Origin: Chiloscyllium plagiosum | Lineage: Eukaryota | Length of the DNA stretch: 64,000 nucleotides | NCBI RefSeq assembly: GCF_004010195.1 | Contig: NC_057719.1 | Span: 30,127,853-30,191,852 of the forward strand | Direction of reading: 5' to 3' | In this document: positions 12,521-26,320 of the stretch, piece by piece | Numbering within the stretch: the stretch's first letter is position 1 | Layout: every line of letters starts with the position of its first letter | The notes under the pieces: generated by a model | What the model was told of the DNA's origin: nothing | What the model saw: only the letters and a program-made list of their open reading frames with translations | The model's database searches: none | Program-made: the position numbers and the translations under genes

Positions 12521-13849
12521 CTATGGAATAAGCAAAAATACATCTCAAACGTTTTGTGAACACAAATTTATATCAACTACAGCTGGAGGAATGACCAGAT
12601 AAGTTGGATGTAAGAGAGCAGATAACTTAAGATTTAAAGCAACTAGGTAGCATTAACAAAAGGAGACTTTGTTTGCCAAACAAATGCATACTGCATCAAA
12701 TACAATATTCTGAACTGACAGCAACTGTTCAGCCATTTTAAATTCAAATTGACAATCTAAGTGCACAGTTATGACTCGAGAATTAGGAACACAAATTTAG
12801 CTATTCAGGTATTACCGCATACCAGTGCTGGTTTTGAAAAATAACTTAGTTGATAAGTAAAATGTTTTACTTTCTTGCTTGAACTATTTTGATAATGAAG
12901 GCAAGTATGGCTTGAATGACATGTTGAGTTTAATGAGTTGAGTGAATACCTTTCTAAAATACACACTACACTGGCTTTTGTTGTGCCAGAAGACTCACAA
13001 GTTACCTTTAATTTGGCTCCTTGTTAAGGAATCTCAAAATCAAATACTGAAACAATGATTTAATTTTTATTGCATGTATTAACCAAAATATGACTCCTCC
13101 AGTAAGCAAGTTAAGCCTCACAACCCAACTTGGCTATTACCCAATTAATCGTGGAATCTGGTCAGGATTCCATCACTTGATGTGCCCAAGGTTCAATCCT
13201 TGTGCAGTGCTGTGTTCTGCTACAGAACTATTTTGGTGACGGATTCTTATACAAATTTTCTTTTAAATTTTGTTGTGTGACTTTATGATGATAGAATATA
13301 TTCTTTCATCCCCAACATTGATTATAATTCAGAAGAGTTCAAGTCTGTGGCTTGCCTTATTAGGAGTAGCTCCCCTGTTCCTTGTTACATTCGGGGTTAG
13401 CTGTTGGTTTTAAACATAGCTTTTCCTGCAATTAACCTCTTTACTTCAGAACATTCCTTTTGCAGGCAGACTTAATTGTCCATGTCAAAAGGCAGTGGGT
13501 TATCAAGCAATTGTTACCTCCTCCCTCCCAAGAAACAACTTGTTTATGTTGTTTCTTCCCAGGGATGGTTAATTCACATGCTGCTTTTCATTCCTTCATA
13601 ACAACTTCTCCTTGTCCCTTTCATCTCTTTATTCTAGAAAGAGATATTGTTTCTTTCCATCTATAAACAGTTTATCAATGCTGATTATTTCAATCCTCAA
13701 AGTTGTGAATTTTATATTGTCACAATTTTATTTATCTCTGACATAAAATTTTGTAGGAGCTGATGAGTAAAAGTGAGTAATTCCACTTTGCACTCCAGTT
13801 TATAGTAAATAGTCTAAAATGTAAGCTAAAAAAAAAAGGTATGGCAGGG

Positions 13850-14585
13850 TGGCTCCCCACATGGAATTTCCATTCTGTACAACGTGGGATGTTGTCGACA
13901 CTTCTTGTGGCCGAGATGAACATGTGCAGAAACGGTCATAAGCTGTAGAAACTTGAGCTCTGGGTTTTAATACTTGAGACTCACTGGATACACACTAGAG
14001 CAATTATGAGACAGAAACTAAGCAGATAGCACATTTCAGGGGTGGTTACACCACAGGATACCGGTATACTAGCACACAGGGAATGGATGACTGCTAGGAA
14101 GTCAGAGGGAACCAGGTGAGTAATATAGGAGTCTCCAATTTGTTTTCTGTTCTAGATTCTGGTGATGACAATAGTCCTCTAAGGAGTACAGCAAGTGCCA
14201 GCCCATAGTATCACAGTAGAGAAAGAAGGGAAGAGCAGGAATAATAAGGGTACCATTTGTTAGGGCAAAAAAACTGGAGAGTATGCTGACTTCGTAGTGG
14301 CACAGTCATGCCTGCAGAATGACGATAGGCCATTATTTTGGAGAGAGGGCAACACCTTCAGGTCATGGTCAATGTTAGTACAAATGACATAGACAGGAAG
14401 GGAAATGTGGCCCTATAATTAGAATTTAGTGATGTAGGTAGATCTACGAAATCTCAAAAAGTAGTAACTTTTGGATTACTCAGTGCCACATGCCAGTGAG
14501 CACAGAAATATGAAGATAAGACAGATCAATGCATGGCTGGAAATATGGTGCAGGGAGAGGGGCTTTAGGCTTTGGCAAACTGGGA
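13850..14585 (+). mobile_element. Old CR1 ORF1 remnant (zinc-finger-like region and SGNH esterase)
   Basis: HVCR..LELWV; TNDIDR (GTNDIGR-like); VPHASEHRNMKIRQINAWLEIWCRERGFR. Confidence 0.65.
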
Positions 14586-15320
14586 TTGGCTTATTTTTCA
14601 ACAATATTGTCCCATTAGCCAAAATGAATCAACAGAAACTCGAAATGAAGTTTAAAGAAAATGGCCTCGTGCCAAACAAGATGTAGATGTTTATTGTCAT
14701 CTCTTGCAGCCATTTGTCCCTTCTGCTTCATTATTTGCTGTCCTTCATTGGCATTTTCCACAATCTCATGCTCCCCTTCCAAACACACTTATGGCAGAAC
14801 CATGCTATTCATTTCATAACTTTTTTGTTAGACTTGCTTCCTGAAATGAACATTAGAGTTACGAGAGCATCATTCTGAATACACGAAGTGTTGCTCTCTC
14901 CCCAAAATAATGTCCTATAGTTGTTCTGCAGCCATGACCATGCCACCAGGAAGTCAGCATACTCTCTGGTCTCTTCCCCTAACTAATGGTTCCCTTATTA
15001 TTCCTGCTCTTCCATTCTTTTCCACTGTGATAGCATGGGCTGGCACTTGCTGTACTCCTCAGAGGACTACTGTCATCACCAGAATCTAGAACGAAAAACA
15101 AATTGGAGACTCCTATATTACTCACCTGGTTCCCTTTGACTTCCTAGCAGTCATCCATTCCCTGTGTGCTAGTATACCTGTATTCTGTGGTGTGACCACC
15201 CCTTGAAATGTTCTATCTGCTTAGTCTTCTGCCTCACAATTGCTTTAGTGTGTATCCGGTGAGCCTCAAGTGTTAAAACCCAGAGCTCAAGTTTATATAG
15301 CTCATGACAGTTTCTGCACA
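13923..15320. repeat. Long inverted repeat, arms 13923-14359 and 14885-15320
   Basis: The right arm is the reverse complement of the left throughout; 14063-14180 vs 15061-15178 differ at only ~4 positions. Confidence 0.93.
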
Positions 15321-15855
15321 CTTTCATCTGAATATACCACTCACTTAACATTAAATAAAATAGCTTGAGTCAACATTCCGCCATCTCAGACAATGTGCAG
15401 TGAGCATGACACGGAACATCCATCCCTCTATCGGTCCCATGAAATCAATGTGAATCTGTTGCCACACTGATTGAAGCTACATTGGTGAAAGGGCAACAAC
15501 AGCAGTTCTTTCCTTACTCATGCAGAGGATTCTCATGATCCTGCTTTCTCCTTAATCTGAGAGTCCACATGTGACTACCAAAGGTAGCTCCTGGTTATTG
15601 CTTTCACCCACACAATACATGTGCATGTGGTCCAGTGTCTTTCCCCTTTACAGGAAGGGAAAACAACTTTCATTCCCCACATTAATATGGACAATTCCTA
15701 TCCCTGGACGGTATGAGTGTAATTCTAGGCAGTTTCTTTGACAAGTCTTTCCTCTTAGGACTAAGCCCATGGCTGGACTCAAGATTGGATCATTTTATGT
15801 AATATTCCACACATGACTCCCTGACACTGGTAGTTTGTCTTTCCAGTTTTATTTA

Positions 15856-16258
15856 CTAATGGGACATGGACATCATTTCTGGCTAGCATTTATTTTCCAT
15901 CCTTATCTGCCCTTAAGGTGGTGGTGAGCTGCCTTCTTGAACTGCTGCAGTCCATATGCTGTAGGTTGACGCAAAATACTTTTAGGGAGAGAATTCCAGG
16001 ATTTTGACCCAACAATAGTGAAGGAACAGTGATATATTTCCAAGTCAAAGATACTGAATGGCTTGGAGGGGAAGTTGCAGGTACTGGCTTTCCCATGTAT
16101 CTGCTGTTCTTGTCCTTCTAGATAGAAGTGGTCATGGGTTTGGAAAGTGCTGTCTAAGGACTTTTGTTGAATGTCTGCAGAGCATCTTGTAAATAGTACC
16201 CACTGCTGTTACTGAGCAGTGGTGGAGGGAATGGATACTTGTTAGTGCAGTGCCAACC
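15856..16258 (-). mobile_element. LINE 3'-end repeat (CR1/L2-type); related copies ~16740-16825, 33040-33290, 57220-57660
   Basis: Shared gcatttatt..catccc..cccttgagaaggtggtggtgagctgccttcttgaac..tgcagtcc; reverse frame LTWKYITVPS..GQNPG. Confidence 0.6.
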
Positions 16259-16329
16259 ACTTTGCTTTAACCTGTTTCAGTCCTCCTTCCATCCCCTTCC
16301 TCAACACTTCAGATTCACTAAGTAACTGT

Positions 16330-17385
16330 TTTTAGTTGCATTCACTGCTCATCCTTTCAATTAGAAAATTTCAATTGGTTTCCATTCACTGCACCCATTT
16401 CTCTTGCCTTCAAGTAGCTCATCTCCCACACTTCTGATCTTAAAGCTTCCAGAATCAAAAGTTTCCCTTATTCTTACCTTCAACTGATTATTACCTTTTG
16501 TGTAATGCAATCATTAAACACAACTTCCACTTCCAATAGTACTACTCCCTCCTAGTCCACTACACAAACATCCTTAAATTCCCTTGCAAGTGCAGGAAGT
16601 TCAACACCTACACTAACACTTCCTCCCTTCTAAAGATCCTGAACACACTCCCTTTCAGTAAAATTATCTTTGCATTTCTTTCATTATCTTACCGTATTTG
16701 CAGGTCACAATGCAATCCTTATTTTTTTCCCCAAAACCTGTTCATGGGATTGGATATTGCTGGCTAAGCCAGATTTATTGTCCATCCCTAGTTGCCTTGA
16801 GAAGATGTTGGGGAGCTACATTTTGAACCAATGCAGTCTTTGGTGAGTTTCCATTTGATTTTGGGGAAAACAGAGATTGTATGATCTCTTCATAAGCCAC
16901 TGAATCTCAGTCCAATGGAGATGATCTTGACTTTTTGGTTATCTATCATTTGAAATTTGTGCCCTGACCTACCCTTCCCTCTCGGTCCTTGATCACCTAA
17001 ACGGTCCCAATATACTCAATACAAAACTGAAGAGAAGCACTTTATCTTTTAACTGGACGCTTTACAGTCTTCTGGATTCAATACAGCTAAATAATTCCAG
17101 ATTATAATTTTGATTTTCGTTTGGTTGGAATTTTGTTTTGCTGAGGATTCAGTTTATATCTTTTGTTTCTTTACTTCGGCCATTATTATTTTTATCTTTC
17201 ACTATTGTTCCTTTTGAAAAGTAATCTTTCCTGCCTTGCACCCCTCCACAATCCTTCCCTTTTGTTCTTTCCTCTTCTTTCCCTGCCTTGCTTAAAAACT
17301 GCTAGAGCTCTGAAGTATTGTAATTTCTGACGAAGGGTCACTGACCTGAAACATTAACTGTATTTCTCTGTCCACAGATGCTGGA
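16330..17385 (+). mobile_element. Old Penelope-like element remnant with terminal hammerhead-like core
   Basis: C..RKFNT-like, LGKT, KL.EKHFIF*LDALQSSGFN remnants; CTGACGA-agggtcactgacct-GAAA at 17327-17351. Confidence 0.55.
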
Positions 17386-20300
17386 AAAGTTTAAGTCTTG
17401 CGGTATATAGAAAGTAGCAATAAATAGAAAACAATGTCAAGCCTAGGACTGGCCAATGAATTTAGAAATATGATCACTCAAATTTTAAATAAAAGCAATT
17501 ACAAATATAAAAAGTAGGGCTTCAACTTTAACATGTCTTGTTTTGTTTTATAAAAACAAAATGTGTAACAGCTTGTAACAACTGGAAATTCTAAACAGGG
17601 GAGTCTGTATCTGTATAGATAAATGTTTCAGTTATAATGCTTCCTCAGTACTGAAAATTAGAAGATAAACAAGCATTTCAGTGGAACCAGAAAAAAAAAA
17701 ATGAGATGGCAACAAAATGAACAAATACTTAATCCCAGGAAGGAAGATCTGAAACAATGTAGAAAATAACCAGATGAATGCTACAGAGCGGCCATAAAGA
17801 GGAAGTGAGTATTAAGCCGAGAAATGTGTTATTGAAGTTTCAGAAGAATTGGGAGTTAAGAAAGGAACCTCTAGGAATGGAAGGAAATCAAAAATCAGAG
17901 ACGACTTAGAGAAGGTTGAGCATTCTTCCCAGGCAGCAGAAAGCTAGACTCACACAAGGCTGAAAGTTGAAAAGATCTATGCAAGACATTACAGAGGCAA
18001 CATGGAGGGACACCATAGAAGATGTTATTAGGATGTTCCTATTATTAATATTTTGCGGGCTAGTCTCTAAAGGATTCTGAAAATTGGTTCATTTAAAAAC
18101 TGAGGAGATATCTGAACTTTTAAAGCAAAAATGTCATTCAAAAGGACACTTTCTCAAAACCAGTTATGGCTGTCAGGAGATGGGGCTATTCAATACTGTT
18201 TGAATTCAGCTGTGGTGTAACTAGGTGAATAGATAAGACCCTAGCTCAGCCTTTGGCGCCTTTCCTAGAAGGTCATGAAGATTCTATGAGAGAACTGAGA
18301 AATTATAATAGCTAATCGTCCCAGTGGGCTTTTAGGGGACTTACTTTTGACATTTCATGAATATACTACTGAGAAGATCCTATTGACACCTGAATATGTC
18401 TAGTCTGCAAAGTGACCAGACCGAAAACTATCTAGAACATTTCATACTTTATTTTTTCATTCTCAGAATTAAGAACTATTTGACCAAAGAACACCTCTTA
18501 CACCACATTAAGTTAATCACCACAGGGAAAGTTTATTTTTCCTTTAAGAATATAGTGTGTACACATGTATATGCTAGATTATTTAGAATGAAAACATTTA
18601 TACTTCAATATTTCCAGCTATGCTAATCAGCTTTGTATGTTTTCAAAAACGTCTTAGTTATATGACAAATATTATTGCCATTTAAAGAAAATCGGGTCAA
18701 TCTTTTTCCATTCTTAAACTAATTTAGATATAAAATGATAAGAGTGATCATTTTAATAACTGGGCAAAACATTTAAAAACACGCTGTGACCAGTCGAGCA
18801 GTGAGACAGACAATGCACTCCTTCCACCTTGGCTGTTTAAATGAGAATTGGCCTTTAAAATTTGAATATCTGGACAACAGGAAGGCAGTGCAGCTTCTCA
18901 AAGATAGGCGACTGGGAGATCAGGACCTAATGCAGGATAGACGACGGGCAAAATATTTCACTTTTTCCTCTTTATTCTGCCTCTTATTCAATAAAAGGCT
19001 TATCTATATTTTGGCTTTTGATTTCAGAGGAAGACTAATTCTCTAAACGTGAAATTTTCATTTTCTCTGTATAGCCACTGATTGACATAGCTCAATATCC
19101 CTCCTGAATACATTCAATCTGACCAATATAAGTAAGACAGGACTCAATAAAATTGACTACAAATAATTATTTTTAAATCAATCTTCATTTGCGATGGTTT
19201 CATGGCTGATGTGAACATCAACATGGTATTGGATTCTTGACTGTGGCTATGCTAAACCAAGCCAATTTGTCAAGGCTGGATCTCAACCCTCCCAATCCCT
19301 GAACCAAAACTCTACTGCCAACTGATCTGGTCAGCCTTTCAGCATTTCCTGCTTTCCAAATGTATTTTTTTTCCCTAATTTACCCATATATAATCCGATT
19401 AACCCATGGTTACTACATGCTATTATCTAGTATATGGTCAGCATAGACACGTTCACTTTTCTCTTGGTTGATGGATTTTCCTCCCATCAAGATCCTGTGT
19501 CTGCTCCCCTGTCAAAATAACAGATCAGTATTCTCAAATTTATCGTAATATTCTAAAAGAAAAAACAACTAGGAAAAAAGCAATTGAAGTATCAAAATAA
19601 AATAGTAAAAATGCATTAAGAAAAAAAGAAAGCAAAGTAAATAAAAGAAAGTTAAGGGGAAATTAAATCTTAAAATGGCATGAAATAAGAAAGGATTGTT
19701 CCGTATGCTAGATGCAGCATCTACAGTATCAGCAACAGAGTTTACTTTACAATAATGGCTTCACAATGCTGCAGAGTATCAATAAATATTCACCAAATAT
19801 TTTACTTCCAACATGTCCAATTTAATTAAGAATTTTTTTGGCATATTGCACAGATATTGAATGAAAAAGGGATCATATGAAAAGGGAGTGTGGGAATACT
19901 GAGTTTTGTGTTCTACCTCAGAAACAATGATTTTAGTTCAATCATAATGTTTAAGGCATCATGATTGTGTTTGTCACGCTGGAAGGTCCAGCTCAGTTTT
20001 TTTCTGTACATGGTTATTTTTTAAAAAATGGTAATTTATAAAAATTTTTTATAGAGAACAGGATGGGAGTGGAGGTGAAGAGATATTATTCAGGCACCCA
20101 TTGGCATGACCATTGCATTGTTTAGAACGTGGGCAAAATGTTGTCAATAAAGAATTATTTTGTTAAGTTTGCAAAAAGATAAAATGTGCCATTAAAAAAA
20201 ACACAGCAAATGAAATATAGCAAAATTGTATATCTTCCATGACTGAGTATGCCTTGATTTGAGCAAGCCAATCTCACTGCGCATCAATCTCATCTGTTTT

Positions 20301-22117
20301 ATATTATCACTTTTTCATTAAAAGTAGTTAATTGAAAAATGTGCATTAATAGCTGAGAAACAAGATCAAACCTGAACTCATCTTAAAACTAAGAACTTGG
20401 TCAAGTTGGAGGCTTAGTCTGTTTCTTTAGGAAAATTGGAGAAGTTCAAACAAATGAAAGCAATATTAAAATAAAAGTGCCATATGAAAGCTGACAGCAT
20501 CTTAAAGAAAGTATGCTGTAAGAAAACAATATAAATCTGTGGGAAAATAAAATTAATATTTCCAAGATCAATAATTAAACTATATTATAGAACAAAAAAA
20601 ATGTCATGGCCCTTTAGCCTGAACAGTTCAGAAATGTTTGGTTCAATACATTGAACTAATGTTTATACGAGCTGTTCCTCTATTACATTTTCCTTACACC
20701 TAAACCCATCTGTGGGACATCTTTTGATACATTAAATATTATTGAAAGAATTTAGTGTCATAAACTATTAAAATGTAGCCTTTGATAAAACATATCCTTA
20801 AAGGATGCTTCTACATTATTTGAAATATTTTTTCACTAATATTATAATTGAGAAATAGTAAACTTACACATTTTAAATTTATCCACTCAAATCACTGTAG
20901 TCTCAAGTAGTTGCATCTAATGATTTCTTCAATTACACAGAGTTTGTATCTCACAGAAGTCCATTCCAACTGGTTATCATTCATGGTTATGAGTAAAACG
21001 TTCCAAGTATGAATCCTTGTTATTTCGCAAACTTGAGCTTTTAATGCTAAATTTTGCTTGCACAGTTTAATTTATATTGAAATTCCAATTTTCTTATACA
21101 TCTCTAGAAGAGTAATGCCTGAATATTTATTTGTGGCTGAAAAGAAGGCAGGAAAAATATCAGCTCTCTTAAACCCACTTACAGTTGGTCAAAGCAAATA
21201 ATCTTACTAGTTTCTTTTTAGCAAAGTTATCCTTCAATTAAAACACAACTTGCCAGCAAATGATCGAGCCAATTACCAAGGTTTTCTTGAGTAAAAGAGG
21301 AATCTATTGTCCATTAACAGAAAGAAAATACATTTAAACTTATTAATATGTATTTTGTATGTGTCTGGTATAGTGAGAAATAGAGTTACACAATTTAGAA
21401 GTCCTTGAGATGCTGGATTTTAAAATCTGGGGCCACAGTTGACTAATTTGTTGACTCATATCCATAAGCAGAATATGGTGGCAGAGTTCTCAGTGGATGG
21501 TTAATTTTCACAAGGTGCTTTCCACTGGTCACTGCTTTTTCTAGATGAAGGAACCAGGTAGAAGGAGTGCAAACATTCTGCTATTATAAACCCATGTTCT
21601 TTTTTCAGCTCTGATGAAGAAAGCAACTGTTGAAATATAGTTTAGGTGTGTAATCTGAAGCCCAGCTTTATTGTCTTTCCAAACCAGATAACTGATAGGT
21701 AAGCCAGTCATCTTCCAATTTGTGAAATTATACAAATGTGAATTAAAGAGCGTATGTGAATTTCTTGATGTTGACTCAGTTGCCTTATTTCAATTACTTT
21801 AGACAAAAATGGTAATTTTAGTGCAGGTGGCTTCGTTTACTCCACATGGGTCTCCTGAATTTTGCCTAAATCTGTGGCCAGGTGAGCATTGCAGTCAATT
21901 TAGTTTGACCTTTTTAAAAACTTGTTTTATAACGGAGACCTTTCACAGGCTAAAAATCAGATGATAGTTTAAATTCAATAGTTCATATTTACCTCTATTA
22001 TGGGACATTGTTCAGATCTCTTAAGCATTAAATTTCTAGACAACTGCAATTGGGGTCACAGTCTGACAAATTCAGACCTTCTTCTGACTAGTATCATATG
22101 GTTTTAAACTATATAGA

Positions 22118-22248
22118 GAAAAAGGTGAGGACTGCAGATGCTGAAGATCAGAGTTGAAGAGTGTGGTGCTAGAAAAGCACAGCCAGTCAGGCAGCCTCCA
22201 AGGATCAGGAGAACCGATGTTTCGGGCATAAGCCCTTCATCAAGAATT
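22118..22248 (-). mobile_element. Penelope-derived terminal-repeat copy
   Basis: Reverse strand ttgatgaagggcttatgcccgaaacatcggttctcc...tcagcatctgcagtcctcacc. Confidence 0.75.
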
Positions 22249-24112
22249 CCCCAGTTTTTCCCTCAATTACCATACTTCAAAATCCATTTAAAAGTCTGAG
22301 AGTTTATCAAATTCATTTTGGACATTTAAGCACACAATAGCTTAAGTTTTTCAAACAGCATGAACTGATTGCGCTCACAGCTAATCAAGCTGAACATCCG
22401 TGAGATGCGGATTTTACCTATTGTTAATTTCGTTACGACGCCAACTGTAGGGGGATCTCTGGGGTGTAACATTAGTTAGCCAATCTGATTGCTGATTAAG
22501 AATTATTCAAAGTAACAAGTATTTTTTAAAAAAAAACATTCACTTTATAATCTTACAGAAAAACAAATAAAGATGAAACACATTCACGGAAGCTGAAATA
22601 TTGAAATCAATATTTTAAAATTAAGTATCCTGATATTTTATCAAGGAATGGAGAAACTTAAACATTTTGTTGATATAAAATGGTTTCTCAGGTAGAAAGA
22701 TTGTTTGGCAGTTATGGGATATTATGCTATTTAAAAATCACTTAATTCAACAACTTTTTTCTTTAAAAAGAAGGGCTTTTTAGAGAAAGAATAATGGCAA
22801 TTAAAGTGAAAGTACTGGTGATTTCCATCAAAAACACATCTCTGGAGAAGCAGGAAATCAGGTACAACTACTTGTGGATTCCTCAGTTTCCCTGCACTTG
22901 TGCAGAAGTCATAAGTCACTGTCAGTTTCACCGAGTAATGAAAGTGAACACTATCATTACACATGCAAAATCAAGGTCAATGTCTTGGTACCATAATGGT
23001 AGATTAAATCAACTTCCTTAAAGAAATTAAAATCAGATCTATTTTTCCCTATGCAACTGTTGCTGTTGTGAGGTTGTTGCATGGATAATCCTCAACTTAC
23101 TTTTGATGAACAATTTAATTATGTTACACAGAATTGAAGGAAGTCAATCATGCTTACTTCCAAAATAAATGTAAAAAAAGATGCTGTGACTTTGGATCTT
23201 CCTAAATACTACCATTACACAAAGAATAATTAACAAGTTGTAAATTATGATGGATGTGCTATTAGTTGACACCCCAAGTGAAGGTTTGGGCTGCAGAAAG
23301 TACACATTTACATAAGCATTCAAAGCAAATGACAATTGACTATATCCACCAAAGGATGCTCATGAAATGCCCAGATACATTGATGTCTATTTTACTTTTG
23401 CTGCTTTTATATTCATAATTCAGGTTGCTATTCCATATAGCTCATAGGAAAAGGACAGTTAAAGTCTGTCACTTAGCAGTGGTCACACAGACACAACAAT
23501 TGCCTAATCTCTCAAAACTCGGAGCCATGCCGGATTTTAACTATTAACGGTGTTTCTCTCTTCACAGATGCTACTAGACGGATTGAGTTTCTCCAACACT
23601 TTTTGTTTCAAATCTCCAGCATTCACAGTCTTTTGCTTTTATCTCAAAATCTTCTTGCTGGCATAAATGTCATCCAACTCAAGAGATTTGTATGTTTTAG
23701 GACTTGATAATGAATTTGGGCCATGTACTCTTTTTACTGTTCCCACCCTCCCTTCCTAGAAGCATGACACTTGTGTTTTCTCTTGTGAATATCTTCAGGC
23801 AGTAGATATAAGAAGTGTTTACCATAATGTGCTAATATGATGTTTTGAATACATTTTAATGCTAGAATTTTCCACAGTGGTAGTGTCCCTACGCTGGACT
23901 GGAGGACTGTGTTCAAGTCCCACCTGCTTCAGAGATGTGTAATAACTTCTGAACAGGTTGATTAGAAAAATAGGTTAATGCTATATCTTCTCCAGCAGGC
24001 CCTTTATTTTCATTTAAAGAGGGCTATTCTGTTACATCAGTCTATGCTTTTCTCATATTTCATTTTGCAATCTGAGCAAACATTTGATGTCTATCTACAT
24101 GTTTACAGACTT

Positions 24113-24329
24113 TAGATTGAGTGGTGCTGGAAAAGCACAGCAGTTCAGGCAGCATCCAAGGAGCAGGAAAATCGATGTTTCGGGCAAAAGCCCTTCATCT
24201 ATGCCTGATGAAGGGTTTTTGCCCGAAACGTCGATTTTCCTACTCCTCGGATGCTGCCTGAACTGCTGTGCTTTTCCAGCACCACTAATCTAGAATCTGG
24301 TTTCCAGCATCTGCAGTCATTGTCTTCAC
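24113..24329. mobile_element. Palindromic Penelope-derived element with 15-bp TSD and an intact hammerhead core
   Basis: TSD catgtttacagactt (24098-24112, 24330-24344); ~87-bp inverted arms; CTGATGA-agggtttttgccc-GAAAC-GTC at 24205-24232. Confidence 0.9.
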
Positions 24330-24364
24330 CATGTTTACAGACTTATCTGTTTCTCGAACAAGCA

Positions 24365-26320
24365 GGATAAATAGTGGGGAAGTAGTGGATATAATACATT
24401 TGGATTTTCAGAAAGCGCTAAACATAACATTAGGTTACGTAAGATAGAAACCCATGGTGGGGTGGGTGGCATTTTTAGGAAGGCAACTTCGAGTCAGAGA
24501 CATACAGCATGGAAACAGACCCTTCGGTCCATCTCGTCCATGCCAACCAGATATCCTAAATAAAACTAGTCCCATTTGCCAGCATTTGGTATGTTTCCCT
24601 CTAAATCCTTCCTATTTACATCCCCAACCAGATGCCTTTTAAATGTTGCAATTGTACCAGTCTCCACCACTTCCTCTAGCAGTTCATTCCTTTGGCGCAT
24701 CACCCTCTGGGCGAAAATGTTGCCCCTTCGGTCCCTTTTAAATCTTTCCCCTCTCACCTTAAACCTATACTCTCTGGTTTTGGACTGCAGCCACCGCGGG
24801 TAAAAGACCTTATCTATTCACCCTATCCATGCACCTCATGATTTTAATTAACCTCTATAAAAGGTCACCCCTCAGCTTCTGACATGTACGGGAAAATAGC
24901 CCCAAGCTATTTAGCCTCTCTCCGTAGCTCAACCCTCCAACCTTGACAACAGCCTTGTAAATCTTCTCCGATTTCACAACATCCCTATGACAGCATGGAG
25001 ACCAGAATTGAATGCAGTATTCCAAAAGTGGCCTAATCAATGTCATGTGTAATTGCAACATGACTTCCTAACTCCTGTACTCAATGCATTGACCAATAAA
25101 AGGCAAGCACACTAAACACCTTCACTATCTTGTCTACCTGCGACTCCATTTTCAAGGAACTATGAACCGTCACTCCAAGGTCTGCTTGTTCAGCAATACT
25201 TACCATTAAGTGTATAAGTCCTGCCCTGATTTGCCTTTCCAAAACACAGCACCTCATATTTATCTAAATTAAATTAAAGTTCATCTTCCATTCCTCAGCC
25301 CATTGGCCCATCTGACCAAACTCCTGTTGTACACCGAGATTACCTTCTTTACTGTCCACTACACTTTCAAGTTTGGTGTCATCTACAAACTTACTAACTA
25401 TATATCTCATGTCCACATCCAAATCATTTATATAAATGACAAAAAGCAGTGGACCTAGCATGGATCCTTGTAGCACACTGCTGGTCACAGGCCTCCAATC
25501 TGAAAAGCAACCCTCCTTCAAGCCAGTTTTGTATCCAAATGGCTAGTTCTCCCCCTATTCCATATGATCTATATATGCCACCACCCATTAGATGAGCTGA
25601 GTATTATTTACATGGCGAAAGACTGCAAAAACCTGCAGCAGGAGGGATTTAGGAATCCTACTGCATGAATCACAAAAAGCTAGTAGTTCAGCAGGTAATA
25701 AAAAGGCAAGGAAGTTAAATTTAGGCCTTTTTTCAAAGGGAATGGAGTATGGAAGGAGAGAGGTTTTGCTAAAACTACGTAGGCACTTGTCAGACCACAG
25801 CTGGATAACTGAACAATTTTGGTCTCCTTATCTGAGGAAAGATAAAATCGGCAATGGTGGCACTCCAGAGATGAATCACTTGGCTGATACCAGACAGGAG
25901 TGGATGTGTTATGAGGAGATGTTGAATAGGTTGGGCTGCATTTATTGAAAATTAGAAAAGTGAGTGGCAGCTTCATTCTACAAGGCTCTTAGAGGACTTG
26001 ACAGGGTAGATTTGGAAAGATTGCTTCCCCAGGAGAGGACATAATGCCTGGGTTGGATATTTAAAACAGGTGAAGAGAAATTTCTTCTCTCAGACGGGAG
26101 TGAATTCAAATGACTTTTTATTGCAGAGGGCTTGAGACTGATTCATTCATTATATTCAAGGCTGAGATAGACAGTTTCTTTTTTAAAAAGAGTAAGGCAA
26201 TTAAAGGCTAGAGGGAAAAGGCAAGGTAGTAGGAATATTAGGTCAGCCATGATTTTACTGAATGGTGGAGCAGACTCAATGGGCTGAATGGCGTACTTCT
26301 GCTCATACATCTTATGGTCT
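24365..26320 (+). mobile_element. Old CR1 (RT to 3' end) hosting an antisense CR1
   Basis: VDIIHLDFQKA at ~24385; MEYGRREVLLKL..QFWSPYLRKD; 3' end ~26318. Confidence 0.7.
24492..25570 (-). mobile_element. Nested CR1 LINE 3' ~1.1 kb
   Basis: WRPVTSSVLQGSMLGPLLFVIYINDLD..KFVDDTKL; RPLLEYCIQFWSP. Confidence 0.88.

Noticed and set aside
15120..15165. Strong donor CAG|GTGAGT on the TTC8 strand inside the inverted-repeat arm, as an exon 2A candidate
   Set aside because: The nearest acceptor lacks a polypyrimidine tract, the phase-0 frame has a TAG, and the sequence is TE-derived
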